In this document: positions 21,603 to 30,189 of the stretch, piece by piece
Layout: every line of letters begins with the position of its first letter
Position numbering within the stretch: position 1 is the first letter of the stretch
Origin: Methylocella sp.
Lineage (GTDB): Bacteria; Pseudomonadota; Alphaproteobacteria; Rhizobiales; Beijerinckiaceae
Length of the DNA stretch: 64,000 nucleotides
Assembly (NCBI RefSeq): GCF_041905455.1
Contig: NZ_JAYRLA010000001.1
Location: forward strand, 297,737 to 361,736
Direction: 5' to 3'
Notes under the pieces: generated by a model
Seen by the model: the letters and a program-made list of their open reading frames with translations, nothing else
What the model was told of the DNA's origin: nothing
The model's database searches: none
Translations under genes and position numbers: made by a program

Positions 21603-21929
21603 AATGAATTCCTGTCTAAATGCTTGCGCCCGCCCGGGGCGAGAACGCGAGGCCGATCGAGCGCGCGACGGCGATGCGCCGTCGCACGCCTGGAATGAAG
21701 CCTAGGGCGGCACCTTCCGCGAAGCCACACCCATTCCGGCTATAGTTGATGAATTATTGCAACAAGACGCTTATTTGGCCGAAATACTTGAAGCCTGCTG
21801 TCATTCGTCAGAACACGAGGGCGGAGACGTCTTCCGAGTTCGGCATGTTTCGCGTCTATTTTTCCAAAAACGCCAGGGCGCGTCGGGATCGGCTCCGCCG
21901 CGGCGCGCCAGTTTGCGCCGACCGACATT

Positions 21930-22952
21930 TCAGGGCGCGGCCGCAGCCGCGCCGCAGCCGCCCGCCGGCGAATCCGGGGCCTTGCACGCGCCCTGCGGGC
22001 CGAGCGCGGCGAACAGCGCGTCGTCGGCGCAAGCCTCGACGTTCGGCGTCGTCAGCAAAGCCTCGCCGTAGAAGATCGAGTTGGCGCCGGCGACCATGCA
22101 CAGCACCTGCGCCTCGCGGGAGAGGACCGAGCGGCCGGCCGAAAGCCGCACGCGCGAGGCCGGCAGCACGATGCGCGTCGTCGCGATCATCCGCACGAAG
22201 TCGAGCGAATCGACGCGCGGCATGTCGCCGAGCGGCGTGCCCTTGACCGGCGTCAGCGCGTTGATCGGCACGCTCTCGGGGTGCGGGTCGAAGCGCGCCA
22301 GCGTCGCCAGCATGGCGGCGCGGTCGGCGACGCCCTCGCCCATGCCGATGATGCCGCCGCAGCACATCTCGATTCCGGCGCCGCGCACCGCCTTCAGCGT
22401 CTCGAGCCGGTCGTCGTAGGTGCGAGTGGAAATGATCTTGTCGTAATAGTCCGGCCCGGTGTCGAGGTTGTGGTTGTAGGCGGTGAGTCCCGCCTCCTTG
22501 AGCCGCCCGGCCTGCGCGGCGTTGATCATGCCGAGCGTGACGCAGGCCTCCATGCCCATCTCGCGCACGCCGCGCACCATGGCGAGCACGGCGTCGAACT
22601 CGCGGCCGTCGCGCACGCTGCGCCACGCGGCGCCCATGCAGAAGCGGTCGGCGCCCGCCGCCCTGGCCTTGGCCGCGATCGCCAGCACTTCGTCCGGCGA
22701 CATCATGTGGACGCGCTCGAGCTTGACCTCCTTGTGATGGGCCGACTGCGGGCAATAGCCGCAATCCTCGGGGCATCCGCCCGTCTTGATCGAGAGCAGG
22801 CTCGCCTTCTGCACGTCGTCGACGTCGTGGAATTCGCGATGCACGGCCGACGCGCGCGCGACGAGGGAGAGCAGGGGCGAATCATGGATTGCGATGATTT
22901 CTTCGACGTTCCAGTCGTTGCGAAGAAAAACGTCGGCGCCTGGTCTTGTCAT
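21930..22952 (-). CDS. bioB: Biotin synthase
   Basis: ATG at 22952 within ORF 21930..23594. Radical-SAM [11 protein letters not shown], plus CMGAAWR, YNHNLDT and [10 protein letters not shown]. Confidence 0.92.
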   Translation of the reverse strand: MTRPGADVFLRNDWNVEEIIAIHDSPLLSLVARASAVHREFHDVDDVQKASLLSIKTGGCPEDCGYCPQSAHHKEVKLERVHMMSPDEVLAIAAKARAAGADRFCMGAAWRSVRDGREFDAVLAMVRGVREMGMEACVTLGMINAAQAGRLKEAGLTAYNHNLDTGPDYYDKIISTRTYDDRLETLKAVRGAGIEMCCGGIIGMGEGVADRAAMLATLARFDPHPESVPINALTPVKGTPLGDMPRVDSLDFVRMIATTRIVLPASRVRLSAGRSVLSREAQVLCMVAGANSIFYGEALLTTPNVEACADDALFAALGPQGACKAPDSPAGGCGAAAAAP

Positions 22953-23016
22953 ACGTTCGCTTTCGTTGGTGCGGCGATGCCGCCTCACCTTACGCGGACA
23001 GGGAGGTCTTGGGGAA

Positions 23017-23820
23017 TCAGAGATTTTGCGCGGAGCCAAGGCCCTCACCTTGAGCCTCGCGATGAATCGCGACCGCCGCGACGGTGAGGGAGCCGCGGCC
23101 GCCGAAGAAGGTTCTGATTTCGACTGGTTGCGGCGCGTCGCCCGGCGCGATCTCGAAACGTCCCGTCGCCTGCGCCGGCTCCCCCGCGCTGGGCTCAAGC
23201 GGGCCTCGCGCGATGGTCGAGCGCGCGCCGACGCAAACGTCCCATGAATCTTCCGGCGCCTCCCCCGCCGCGTCGCCTTTCGAACTGACGTAGGAGATCG
23301 TCGCGACATACGCGCCGGGAGCGAGCTGGACATAGGGTCCGAAGGTGAAGCAACCAGACGCGTCGTCTTCCGCGCAGGCCGTTCGGCCGACGCCGTCGCT
23401 TTCGCCGAAATTGGCCGGCAGCTCGGCGGCCCAATAGTGGTGGACGCCTTTCTCGTCGTCGCTTCGGCCGGCGGTGTCCATCCGCCGCTGAATGACGAGA
23501 AGGTCCTCGGCGCAGCGCTCGATCTTGTCGGCGTGCTCCCCGATTTCGGCGGGCGTCGGCGCGAAAGCGATGATCCGCCGCCTGGCGCGCCCATCCTTGA
23601 CGTAGAAAGCGTCCGCCGCCGGGTCCCGCGTCAGGTCCAGTTTGAGGTCGAGCAGGATTGTCGGGCTCAAGCATGTCTCCACGAGGCGCCATACGAGCGC
23701 CGAAGGCGTATGCTCGGAAAATTCGACGACGACGCGCGCGGCGCGGCCGACGAGCTTGACGCAGGCCGCGAGCTCCCTCTGGTAGGCTTCGGACGCAAGT
23801 TCGTCGGCGCTGATGTCCAT
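23017..23820 (-). CDS. Hypothetical protein (267 aa)
   Basis: Protein-like composition. Sits 7 nt downstream of the methyltransferase gene and 64 nt upstream of bioB on the same strand. No motif recognised. Confidence 0.55.
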   Translation of the reverse strand: MDISADELASEAYQRELAACVKLVGRAARVVVEFSEHTPSALVWRLVETCLSPTILLDLKLDLTRDPAADAFYVKDGRARRRIIAFAPTPAEIGEHADKIERCAEDLLVIQRRMDTAGRSDDEKGVHHYWAAELPANFGESDGVGRTACAEDDASGCFTFGPYVQLAPGAYVATISYVSSKGDAAGEAPEDSWDVCVGARSTIARGPLEPSAGEPAQATGRFEIAPGDAPQPVEIRTFFGGRGSLTVAAVAIHREAQGEGLGSAQNL

Positions 23821-23826
23821 GCCAAG

Positions 23827-24885
23827 CTAGACCAGGTTGAACTCGCCGAGGTTCTCGACCGCCATATCGGTCTGCGCGACCGAACCGCGGGAGATCATGA
23901 GGTCGACGCCCTTGCCGCGCGCCGCCGCGCGGAGTTCTTTTGCGAACTCCTCAGGCGCATAGGCCTCGATGGCGATAAGGCGCGCGGCCTTGGACAGAAA
24001 ATCAATGCAGGAATTGGGGTAGCCGCCGATTTCCACGACGCAGGAGCCGGGCGCGTCGACGATCTCCGCGGCGATGGCGTAGCGCATGCGGTAGGCGGGC
24101 GCGCGCAGATAGCTCCAGCGCTCGAAGCGCGTCTTGCGGCGGCTTTCGGCCAGGGCGGCCGCCATCGCGTCCGGATCGAGGTCGACGCGCCGGCCGGCGT
24201 CGACGAAGGCGCCGAGGCTCTCCGGCATGCGCGCGACGGGCGCCGCCGCGCGCCGGCGCATGAACGCCGTGCCGACGCCGATCTCGCCGAGCTCAAGACA
24301 GTCCCAGTCGGGACGCCGACGCAGGATTTCGCGCATCGCCGCCTGCACTGAGGGAAGCGCGAGGTCATGCAGGCTGACCACGGCGCGCGAGGACAGGAGC
24401 GGCGCGTAATTCTCGAAATCGGCGATGACGCCATCGGTCGAGTGGTCGCCGTCGATATGCAGGTAATCGACTTTGATCCCTTGCGCGAAAAACAGCGCCG
24501 CGGCGTCGCTCGACAGCATCTGCAGGACGCGCACGCCGGCGGCGCGGCGCAGGAAATCATTGTCCGGGCGCAGCCAGCCGCCGTTCTGGATCGGGCTGCC
24601 GAAGCCGAGGTCGGGCAAATTGGCGTCGACGAGATAGGTCGCCGCCGGCGCGAGGCCGAGGTCTTTTTGCGCCTGCGCGAGCAGGTCCGGCACGAAGCCT
24701 GCGCCAGACCCGACGCATACGCTGACCTGGGCGCGAACGGCGGCGGCGAAGCCGTAATAGAGGTAGCCGCACCCCAGCACGCCGTCGAACGCGCCGTGAC
24801 TGTCGGCGAAGACGTCCCGCGCGAAGCGCCCACGGACGCGCTCCTTCGCAATGAGACAGAAATCGTCTTTCGTAGCGTCATCCAT
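23827..24885 (-). CDS. Class I SAM-dependent methyltransferase (Methyltransf_24-like) with a second Rossmann-like C-terminal half
   Basis: ATG 24885 with GGAGGAGG 6 nt upstream. VCVGSGAGFVP (motif I), YLHIDGDHSTDGVIADFENY, and in the C-terminal half VVEIGGYPN. Confidence 0.65.
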   Translation of the reverse strand: MDDATKDDFCLIAKERVRGRFARDVFADSHGAFDGVLGCGYLYYGFAAAVRAQVSVCVGSGAGFVPDLLAQAQKDLGLAPAATYLVDANLPDLGFGSPIQNGGWLRPDNDFLRRAAGVRVLQMLSSDAAALFFAQGIKVDYLHIDGDHSTDGVIADFENYAPLLSSRAVVSLHDLALPSVQAAMREILRRRPDWDCLELGEIGVGTAFMRRRAAAPVARMPESLGAFVDAGRRVDLDPDAMAAALAESRRKTRFERWSYLRAPAYRMRYAIAAEIVDAPGSCVVEIGGYPNSCIDFLSKAARLIAIEAYAPEEFAKELRAAARGKGVDLMISRGSVAQTDMAVENLGEFNLV

Positions 24886-25122
24886 TCCCGCCTCCTCCGG
24901 CCATCGGCGCAATCGAGCCGCAACCGCGGCGTCGCTTCGCTTCGGGCGCGCAGAAAACCTTCCCCTGCAATAACGAAGCGCCTGGCCGAGCTCCAGCCGC
25001 GCAGCTACGGAAAATATGGGCGGCTTCATTGCGGCGTTGGCGCCGGCGTCCTAAATCACCGTCGCGGCGGTCGCTTTCAGGGCGCCGCCGCAAGGACGGG
25101 CCTCGAGGCCGCGGGAGACGTC

Positions 25123-25314
25123 ATGCGCCTGTTCATCGCCATATTTCTGCCGCCGCTCCTGTTCTTCACGATCGGCCGGCCGTTCGCCGGACTCATCTGC
25201 CTTATTCTTCAGGTTACGCTGATCGGCTGGATTCCCGCTGCGCTCTGGGCCGTCTACGCGCTGAGCCAGCACAGGACCGACGAGAAAATTCGCGTCCTGC
25301 GCGCCGGTCGTTGA
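25123..25314 (+). CDS. YqaE/Pmp3 family small membrane protein
   Basis: 63 aa. ATG 25123 after GGGAGA. AIFLPPLLFF...LIGWIPAALWAVY matches the Pmp3 proteolipid pattern. Confidence 0.65.
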   Translation: MRLFIAIFLPPLLFFTIGRPFAGLICLILQVTLIGWIPAALWAVYALSQHRTDEKIRVLRAGR

Positions 25315-25334
25315 CGCCGCGTTCGCTCCCCGCC

Positions 25335-26021
25335 ATGCTCGACGCAGCGCTCGCCGCAGCCGCGCAGATTTTCTCGAAGCCCTTCAGGTCCGTCTTCTGG
25401 AAGACGATCCTGCTCACGCTGGCTTCGCTCGCCCTCGCCTGGGCCGGGTTCGAGCGCCTGCTCGCGTCCGTGCGTCTGCCCTACGCCTGGCTCGAGACGG
25501 CGCTCGCCGTCGTCGGCGGGCTCGGGCTCTTCGTCGGCGCGGCCTTTCTCGTCAGTCCCGTGTCGTTCTTCCTCTCGGGCTTCTTCTTCGACGAGCTCGC
25601 CGCCCACGTCGAGGAGGGGCTTTCGCCGCGGCTCGCCGGACGGACGCCTCCGCTTGGCGCGGCGGCGAAGGTTTCGCTCGAGTTCGCGCTCGCCTCGCTC
25701 CTCGTCAACGTCCTCGCGTTGCTCCTGCTGCTCGCGCCGGGCGTCAACGCCGTCGCCTTCCTCGGCGCCAACGCCTATCTGTTCGGACGCGGCTATTTCG
25801 AGCTTGCGGCGCTGCGCTTCCTGCCGCCCGCCGACGTCTCGCGGCTGCGTCGCGACAACGGCCCGAGGCTCTTCTTCGCCGGCCTCGTCGTCGCGGCTCT
25901 CGCTGCGATCCCCGTCGCAAACCTGCTGACGCCGCTGTTCGCCGCCGCCTTCATGACGCGGATCGCGGCGCCGATGATGCGGACGGCGCTCGCCGCGCCT
26001 CGCCGCGACGCGGCGGTCTAG
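25335..26021 (+). CDS. EI24/CysZ-like integral membrane protein
   Basis: ATG 25335. 228 aa, 4-5 TM helices. The layout resembles the EI24 (DUF540)/CysZ family. Family call made from memory only. Confidence 0.5.
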   Translation: MLDAALAAAAQIFSKPFRSVFWKTILLTLASLALAWAGFERLLASVRLPYAWLETALAVVGGLGLFVGAAFLVSPVSFFLSGFFFDELAAHVEEGLSPRLAGRTPPLGAAAKVSLEFALASLLVNVLALLLLLAPGVNAVAFLGANAYLFGRGYFELAALRFLPPADVSRLRRDNGPRLFFAGLVVAALAAIPVANLLTPLFAAAFMTRIAAPMMRTALAAPRRDAAV

Positions 26022-26023
26022 GT

Positions 26024-27031
26024 TCAGGCCGCGCGCCGGTCGGCGTACTGGCCGGTCGGCCGGTAGCGGCCGAGATAGGCCGGCGCTTCGGCTTCAAAGG
26101 ATTCGGGCGCGATCCCGAGCCCCTTGAGGTCGCGGCCCTCCGCCGCGGCCTGCGCCGAGACGACGTTGTCGCTCCTCAGGAGCTCCACCTGGTCGCGGGT
26201 GATCACGAAGGTTTCGGGCAGCAGGCCGAGCGAGACCCTGCGCAGGAACTCGGTGACGCCGCCGAGCGCCGAGGCCTGCTCGAAGCCGACCTTGACGAGC
26301 GGGCGCTTGTGCTGCGTGGCGTCTTCGACGAACTCCATGATCTCGCGCAGCGTGACCACCTGCGGGCCGCCGAGCTCATAGACCGTTCCCGGCTTCGCGC
26401 CGCCGTTCAGGGCGATGGCGGCCGCTTTCGCGACGTCGCCGACGAACACCGGCTGCAGCTTCGTCTCGCCGCCGCCGACGAGCGGCAGGAACGGCATGAG
26501 GCGCGCCATGGTCGCGAAGCGGTTGAAGAACTGGTCCTCCGGGCCGAACACCACTGAAGGACGCAGGATGACGGCGCCCGGAAAGGCGGCGGCGACGCGC
26601 GCCTCGCCGTCCGCCTTGGTGCGGGCGTAGGCCGACGCGGAGCTCGCGTCGGCGCCGATCGCCGAAAGCTGGACGAAGGTTTTCACGCCGGCGGCCTTCG
26701 CGGCCCTGGCGACAGTCTCGGCGCCGTCGGCGTGCGCCGCCGCGAAAGTCTGCTCGCCCGATTCGGAGAGAAGGCCGACGAGATTGACCACGGCGTCGGC
26801 GTTGCGCAGGGCGCGCTCGACGGAATCCTTGTAGCGCAGATTGGCCTGCACGGCGTGGATCTGCCCCACCTTGCCGATCGGCTGGAGATGGAAGGCGAGA
26901 TCAGGACGGCGCGAGGCGACGCGCACGCGCCAGCCGTCCTTGACGAGCGCGCGCACGACATGCCTGCCGATGAAGCCCGCGCCGCCGAACACGACAGCCA
27001 GCCGACCCGTCCTGACCAAAGCCTCCGCCAT
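26024..27031 (-). CDS. Complex I NDUFA9-like NAD(P)-binding (SDR/epimerase fold) protein
   Basis: 335 aa. N-terminal VFGGAGFIGRHVV Rossmann motif. Overall pattern of alphaproteobacterial NDUFA9 homologs. Confidence 0.75.
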   Translation of the reverse strand: MAEALVRTGRLAVVFGGAGFIGRHVVRALVKDGWRVRVASRRPDLAFHLQPIGKVGQIHAVQANLRYKDSVERALRNADAVVNLVGLLSESGEQTFAAAHADGAETVARAAKAAGVKTFVQLSAIGADASSASAYARTKADGEARVAAAFPGAVILRPSVVFGPEDQFFNRFATMARLMPFLPLVGGGETKLQPVFVGDVAKAAAIALNGGAKPGTVYELGGPQVVTLREIMEFVEDATQHKRPLVKVGFEQASALGGVTEFLRRVSLGLLPETFVITRDQVELLRSDNVVSAQAAAEGRDLKGLGIAPESFEAEAPAYLGRYRPTGQYADRRAA

Positions 27032-27122
27032 GTTCCGCCCCCCGCGCGCCCTTGACTATTGCGCCGTTTTAGGCGGCGTCGCCGCGGCTGTACAGGGGCC
27101 GGCGCAAAAGGGCGACGGCTCA

Positions 27123-27152
27123 TTGACAAAAGGCGCGCGCGCTGCGTATCAG
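27123..27152 (+). promoter_or_regulatory. Candidate sigma70 promoter for tRNA-Leu (TTGACA-N18-TATCAG)
   Basis: Perfect -35 TTGACA at 27123..27128 and a TATCAG-like -10 at 27147..27152, about 10 nt before the mature tRNA 5' end. Confidence 0.4.
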
Positions 27153-27161
27153 AGCGCCCGG

Positions 27162-27246
27162 GCCCTGGTGGCGGAATTGGTAGACGCGCTGGTTTCAGGT
27201 ACCAGTGGTGCAAGCCGTGGAGGTTCGAGTCCTCTCCAGGGCACCA
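27162..27246 (+). tRNA. tRNA-Leu (anticodon CAG), type II with long variable arm, CCA encoded
   Basis: Acceptor GCCCTGG/CCAGGGC, anticodon arm CTGGT-TTCAGGT-ACCAG, T arm GGAGG-TTCGAGT-CCTCT, discriminator A and CCA, all folded by hand. Confidence 0.9.
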
Positions 27247-27401
27247 AGTCCACGTTCGCGCATGTTCGGCGACGTGGACAAAGTGTCGGATTTCATTTAA
27301 GTTTTCGGCTGCATCGGTTGAGGCCGTTCGTGTTTGTGCGCTGACAGCCGGGCCGATCTGGGGGCCTTTTTAGGGGCTCTGAGTTCTGACAGGGGCCCTC
27401 G

Positions 27402-28622
27402 ATGGCGCTTACAGATATCGTGGTCCGCAACGCGAAGCCACGCGAGCGCGATTACAAGCTCGCCGACGGCGGCGGTCTATATCTTCTAGTGACGCGCGCT
27501 GGCGGTCGCCTCTGGCGGATGAAATATCGGGCCGATGGCGTCGAGCGCAAATTGTCGTTCGGCAAATATCCAGACGTGACCTTGGTGGATGCGCGCAAGG
27601 CGCGCGACAGAGCGCGGACTATGGTAAGCGGCGGCCAAGACCCGGCTGCTGCGAAGCGTCGCGAGCGTGTTGCACGGGTGCTGGCTGCGGGAACGACATT
27701 CGGCGCAATTGCGCTGGAGTACGTGGAGAAAGCCGAGAAGGAAGGTCGATCGCCGGCGACGATCGCCAAGCTTCATTGGGCCCGCGAATGGCTTGAACCG
27801 GCGATTGGTCGGCGGCCGGTCGATCAGATCGAACCGCACGAATTGCTGGCGCTGCTCAAGCGACAAGAAGGGAAGGGCCAGTTCGAGACGGCCCGACGCA
27901 CGCGCGCCTTCGCGAGCCGCGTATTTCGATACGCTGTTGCGACCGCCAGAGCAAAGAACGATCCGGCCGCTCTCTTGGTGGGCGCAGTAACGGCGTCGCG
28001 TCCCAAGCATCTTGCTGCCATCGTCGATCCAAATCGCGTCGGTGAATTGCTACGCGCCATCGCTATTTATTCAGGTAATCCACTTACGCGCCTCGCACTG
28101 TCGTTTTCTTCTCAGGTTTTTGTCAGGCCCGGGGAACTTCGCCAAGCTGAGTGGTCGGAAATTGACGAAGAGGCGGCGGTGTGGCGCATCCCCGCAGCGC
28201 GGATGAAGAAGCGCAGGGAGCATGTCGTTCCGCTATCGCGCCAGTCGCTCGAAATCCTCGCTCAGACCCGCAAACTTTCCGGCGGCGGACGATTTGTGTT
28301 TCCTGCGTTGGGGAAGCCCGACAAGCCAATGTCTGAAAACACCGTCGCTGGCGCTCTTCGTCGTATGGGATTCTCCTCTGAGGAGATGTCGGCGCACGGA
28401 TTCCGAGCGATGGCCAGCACGCTTTTGAACGAGTCCAGAAAATGGTCGCCGGATGCCATTGAAAGGGCTTTGGCGCATCAGGACAATGATAAGGTGCGCG
28501 CGGCGTATCATCGGGGAGCGCATTGGAAAGAACGCGTCGCGATGGCGCAATGGTGGAGCGATCATCTCGACGCATTGCATGGAGGCGCTAAAATTATCCA
28601 ATTCCTTGAAGTTGCTGTGTAG
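27402..28622 (+). CDS. int: Tyrosine-type site-specific integrase (P4-like, DUF4102 arm-binding N-terminus)
   Basis: 406 aa. N-terminus LTDIVVRNAKPRERDYKLADGGGLYLLVTRAGGRLWRMKYR, C-terminal catalytic HGFRAMAST...LAHQDNDKVRAAYHR. Confidence 0.9.
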   Translation: MALTDIVVRNAKPRERDYKLADGGGLYLLVTRAGGRLWRMKYRADGVERKLSFGKYPDVTLVDARKARDRARTMVSGGQDPAAAKRRERVARVLAAGTTFGAIALEYVEKAEKEGRSPATIAKLHWAREWLEPAIGRRPVDQIEPHELLALLKRQEGKGQFETARRTRAFASRVFRYAVATARAKNDPAALLVGAVTASRPKHLAAIVDPNRVGELLRAIAIYSGNPLTRLALSFSSQVFVRPGELRQAEWSEIDEEAAVWRIPAARMKKRREHVVPLSRQSLEILAQTRKLSGGGRFVFPALGKPDKPMSENTVAGALRRMGFSSEEMSAHGFRAMASTLLNESRKWSPDAIERALAHQDNDKVRAAYHRGAHWKERVAMAQWWSDHLDALHGGAKIIQFLEVAV

Positions 28623-28627
28623 TTAAA

Positions 28628-29425
28628 TTGATAAGTTCGGGCGAAACTCTTGATTTCTTAAGTAAAAGTTCCTCAATGGCATGGCTTAAGCGTATGATAT
28701 TGTGGATGATATATAGCAAGGAGTTGGAGCCGATATTTTCTAAAATTCGTTCTGTGGAGCGTGAGCCTGTTTTTTCAATTATATTAGAGGCTCTGGGTGG
28801 AGATTGTAGATCGAATGATAGGGAGAGGCTTATAAGGGAACATTTTGCAAGTGATATGGCTGAGAGACTTATTGCAGCTGAAGAATCTGGCTACATTGAA
28901 AATTTAATATATGAGTTTGAAGACAGTGACGACCCAATGCCCGTCTCGCCAGGCTTTGTCGTGTTGTCTTCTGACATCGATTGGGATAATGGCGTCGTCA
29001 ATGTTAACTTAGATAAGGAGCAAATAAAGGATATATCTTTATTTTATGAAGGTGAAGATATTGTAGCAGGTGAGTTCAGTGAGCCAACCTACGAAGTTTC
29101 GCTTGCTGGCTTTTGTTTTCTCCGCCAGCAAATAGAAATGATGCAACCGCATATCGAGCTGGCCAAACAATCATTCTCAAAAAGCGCAGTAACTGCCCGA
29201 ACGGGTCGTCCGAGAATTTGGGATTGGGAAGGCGCGACAACCTACTTATTAAGTATCGCTCAAACTCCTGACGGGCTTCCGACGGGGCCCGGCGCGCAAG
29301 CGCAGATCGAGCGCTTCATCGCGGACTGGTTTGTTTCCGTTTCTGGAAACACGCCGTCCTCTAGCCAGTTGCGGCAACACGCGGCGAAGATCATGCGGGC
29401 TTTGAAAGCGCCTGAAAGTCCGTAA
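28628..29425 (+). CDS. Orphan hypothetical protein, compositionally mosaic (AT-rich N-terminal two thirds, GC-normal C-terminal third)
   Basis: ORF opens at TTG 28628 and the first ATG is at 28676. Acidic body with no recognisable catalytic motif. C-terminal module GRPRIWDWEGATTYLLSIAQTPDGLP...IERFIADWF... Confidence 0.55.
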   Translation: MISSGETLDFLSKSSSMAWLKRMILWMIYSKELEPIFSKIRSVEREPVFSIILEALGGDCRSNDRERLIREHFASDMAERLIAAEESGYIENLIYEFEDSDDPMPVSPGFVVLSSDIDWDNGVVNVNLDKEQIKDISLFYEGEDIVAGEFSEPTYEVSLAGFCFLRQQIEMMQPHIELAKQSFSKSAVTARTGRPRIWDWEGATTYLLSIAQTPDGLPTGPGAQAQIERFIADWFVSVSGNTPSSSQLRQHAAKIMRALKAPESP

Positions 29426-29530
29426 GTCGTATTTCTCCTTTTTCGGCGTTGCCGGCCGACGCGCGCTCCGAACTTCCGCATCCTCCAACGTATTCGCTGG
29501 CGCTCGCCCGCGACCTCAAGGAGTGCGGTA

Positions 29531-29698
29531 ATGGAAGCTTTGTCTATCTCGATCAATGACGCGGCGAAGGCGCTGGGCCTTGGGCGCACCTCGATCTATG
29601 CAATGATCGCTGACGGGCGCCTTGAGGCATTCAAGCTTGGGCGGCGCAGGTTGGTGACTGTCGAGTCTGTGCGGCGATTGGTGGCATCGAAGCGCTGA
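29531..29698 (+). CDS. xis: Excisionase/AlpA-type helix-turn-helix DNA-binding protein (55 aa; below the ORF-track cutoff)
   Basis: Hand translation: MEALSISINDAAKALGLGRTSIYAMIADGRLEAFKLGRRRLVTVESVRRLVASKR. This is the classic HTH_17/excisionase pattern. Confidence 0.75.
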   Translation: MEALSISINDAAKALGLGRTSIYAMIADGRLEAFKLGRRRLVTVESVRRLVASKR

Positions 29699-29706
29699 GG
29701 CGCGCC

Positions 29707-30189
29707 GTGCCCGGTAAACGGGTCAACCTCAATCTGATCAAGACGCATTTCAGCTATACCGCCAGCGAACTGGCCAAGCGTCTCGGCATACACAAGAACA
29801 CGGTGCGGAACTGGATGCGCGCCGGCCTTCCTTGCCTCGGCGGCCGCCCGGCTCTCTTTCACGGCGGGACGGTGCGCGCGTTTCTCAGCGTTCGCAGCGC
29901 CGAGCGTCGGCAGCCGTGCCCGCCAGGTTTCTTTTATTGCTTCCGCTGTCGGGAGCGCCGCAAGCCAGCGCTGGGTCTCGTGGATTACGTCGATCGCGAG
30001 AATGGCGCCGGCAATCTGACCGCCATCTGCGAGAGCTGCGGCGCGATCATGAATCGGCGCGCGGGACGCGACCGGCTTGGCGCGATCATGCCGGGTCTTG
30101 ACGTGCAAATCAGGCAGGCGGCGCCGACCCTAGTTGAGAGTCTCGATCCCTCCCTGAATTGTGGGTCAAAGGAGCAACGTTCGGCATGA
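29707..30189 (+). CDS. HTH plus CxxC...CxxC zinc-ribbon protein
   Basis: GTG 29707. YTASELAKRLGIHKNTVRNWMRAGLP is the HTH, and FYCFRCRER...AICESCGA gives four Cys. The stop overlaps the next ATG (ATGA). Confidence 0.6.
   Translation: MPGKRVNLNLIKTHFSYTASELAKRLGIHKNTVRNWMRAGLPCLGGRPALFHGGTVRAFLSVRSAERRQPCPPGFFYCFRCRERRKPALGLVDYVDRENGAGNLTAICESCGAIMNRRAGRDRLGAIMPGLDVQIRQAAPTLVESLDPSLNCGSKEQRSA

Noticed and set aside
21740-21928. 62-aa minus-strand ORF starting 1 nt after the bioB stop.
   Set aside because: Codon third-position G+C is high for only ~17 codons and then collapses, and the sequence is not protein-like. The region is more plausibly the bioB 3' UTR plus the promoter and leader of the 21602 gene.
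27248-27279. Inverted repeat GTCCACGT-N16-ACGTGGAC immediately after tRNA-Leu, considered as a terminator or att core.
   Set aside because: The 16-nt loop is large and there is no T-run. No second copy exists elsewhere in the island, so it cannot be tied to attL/attR.
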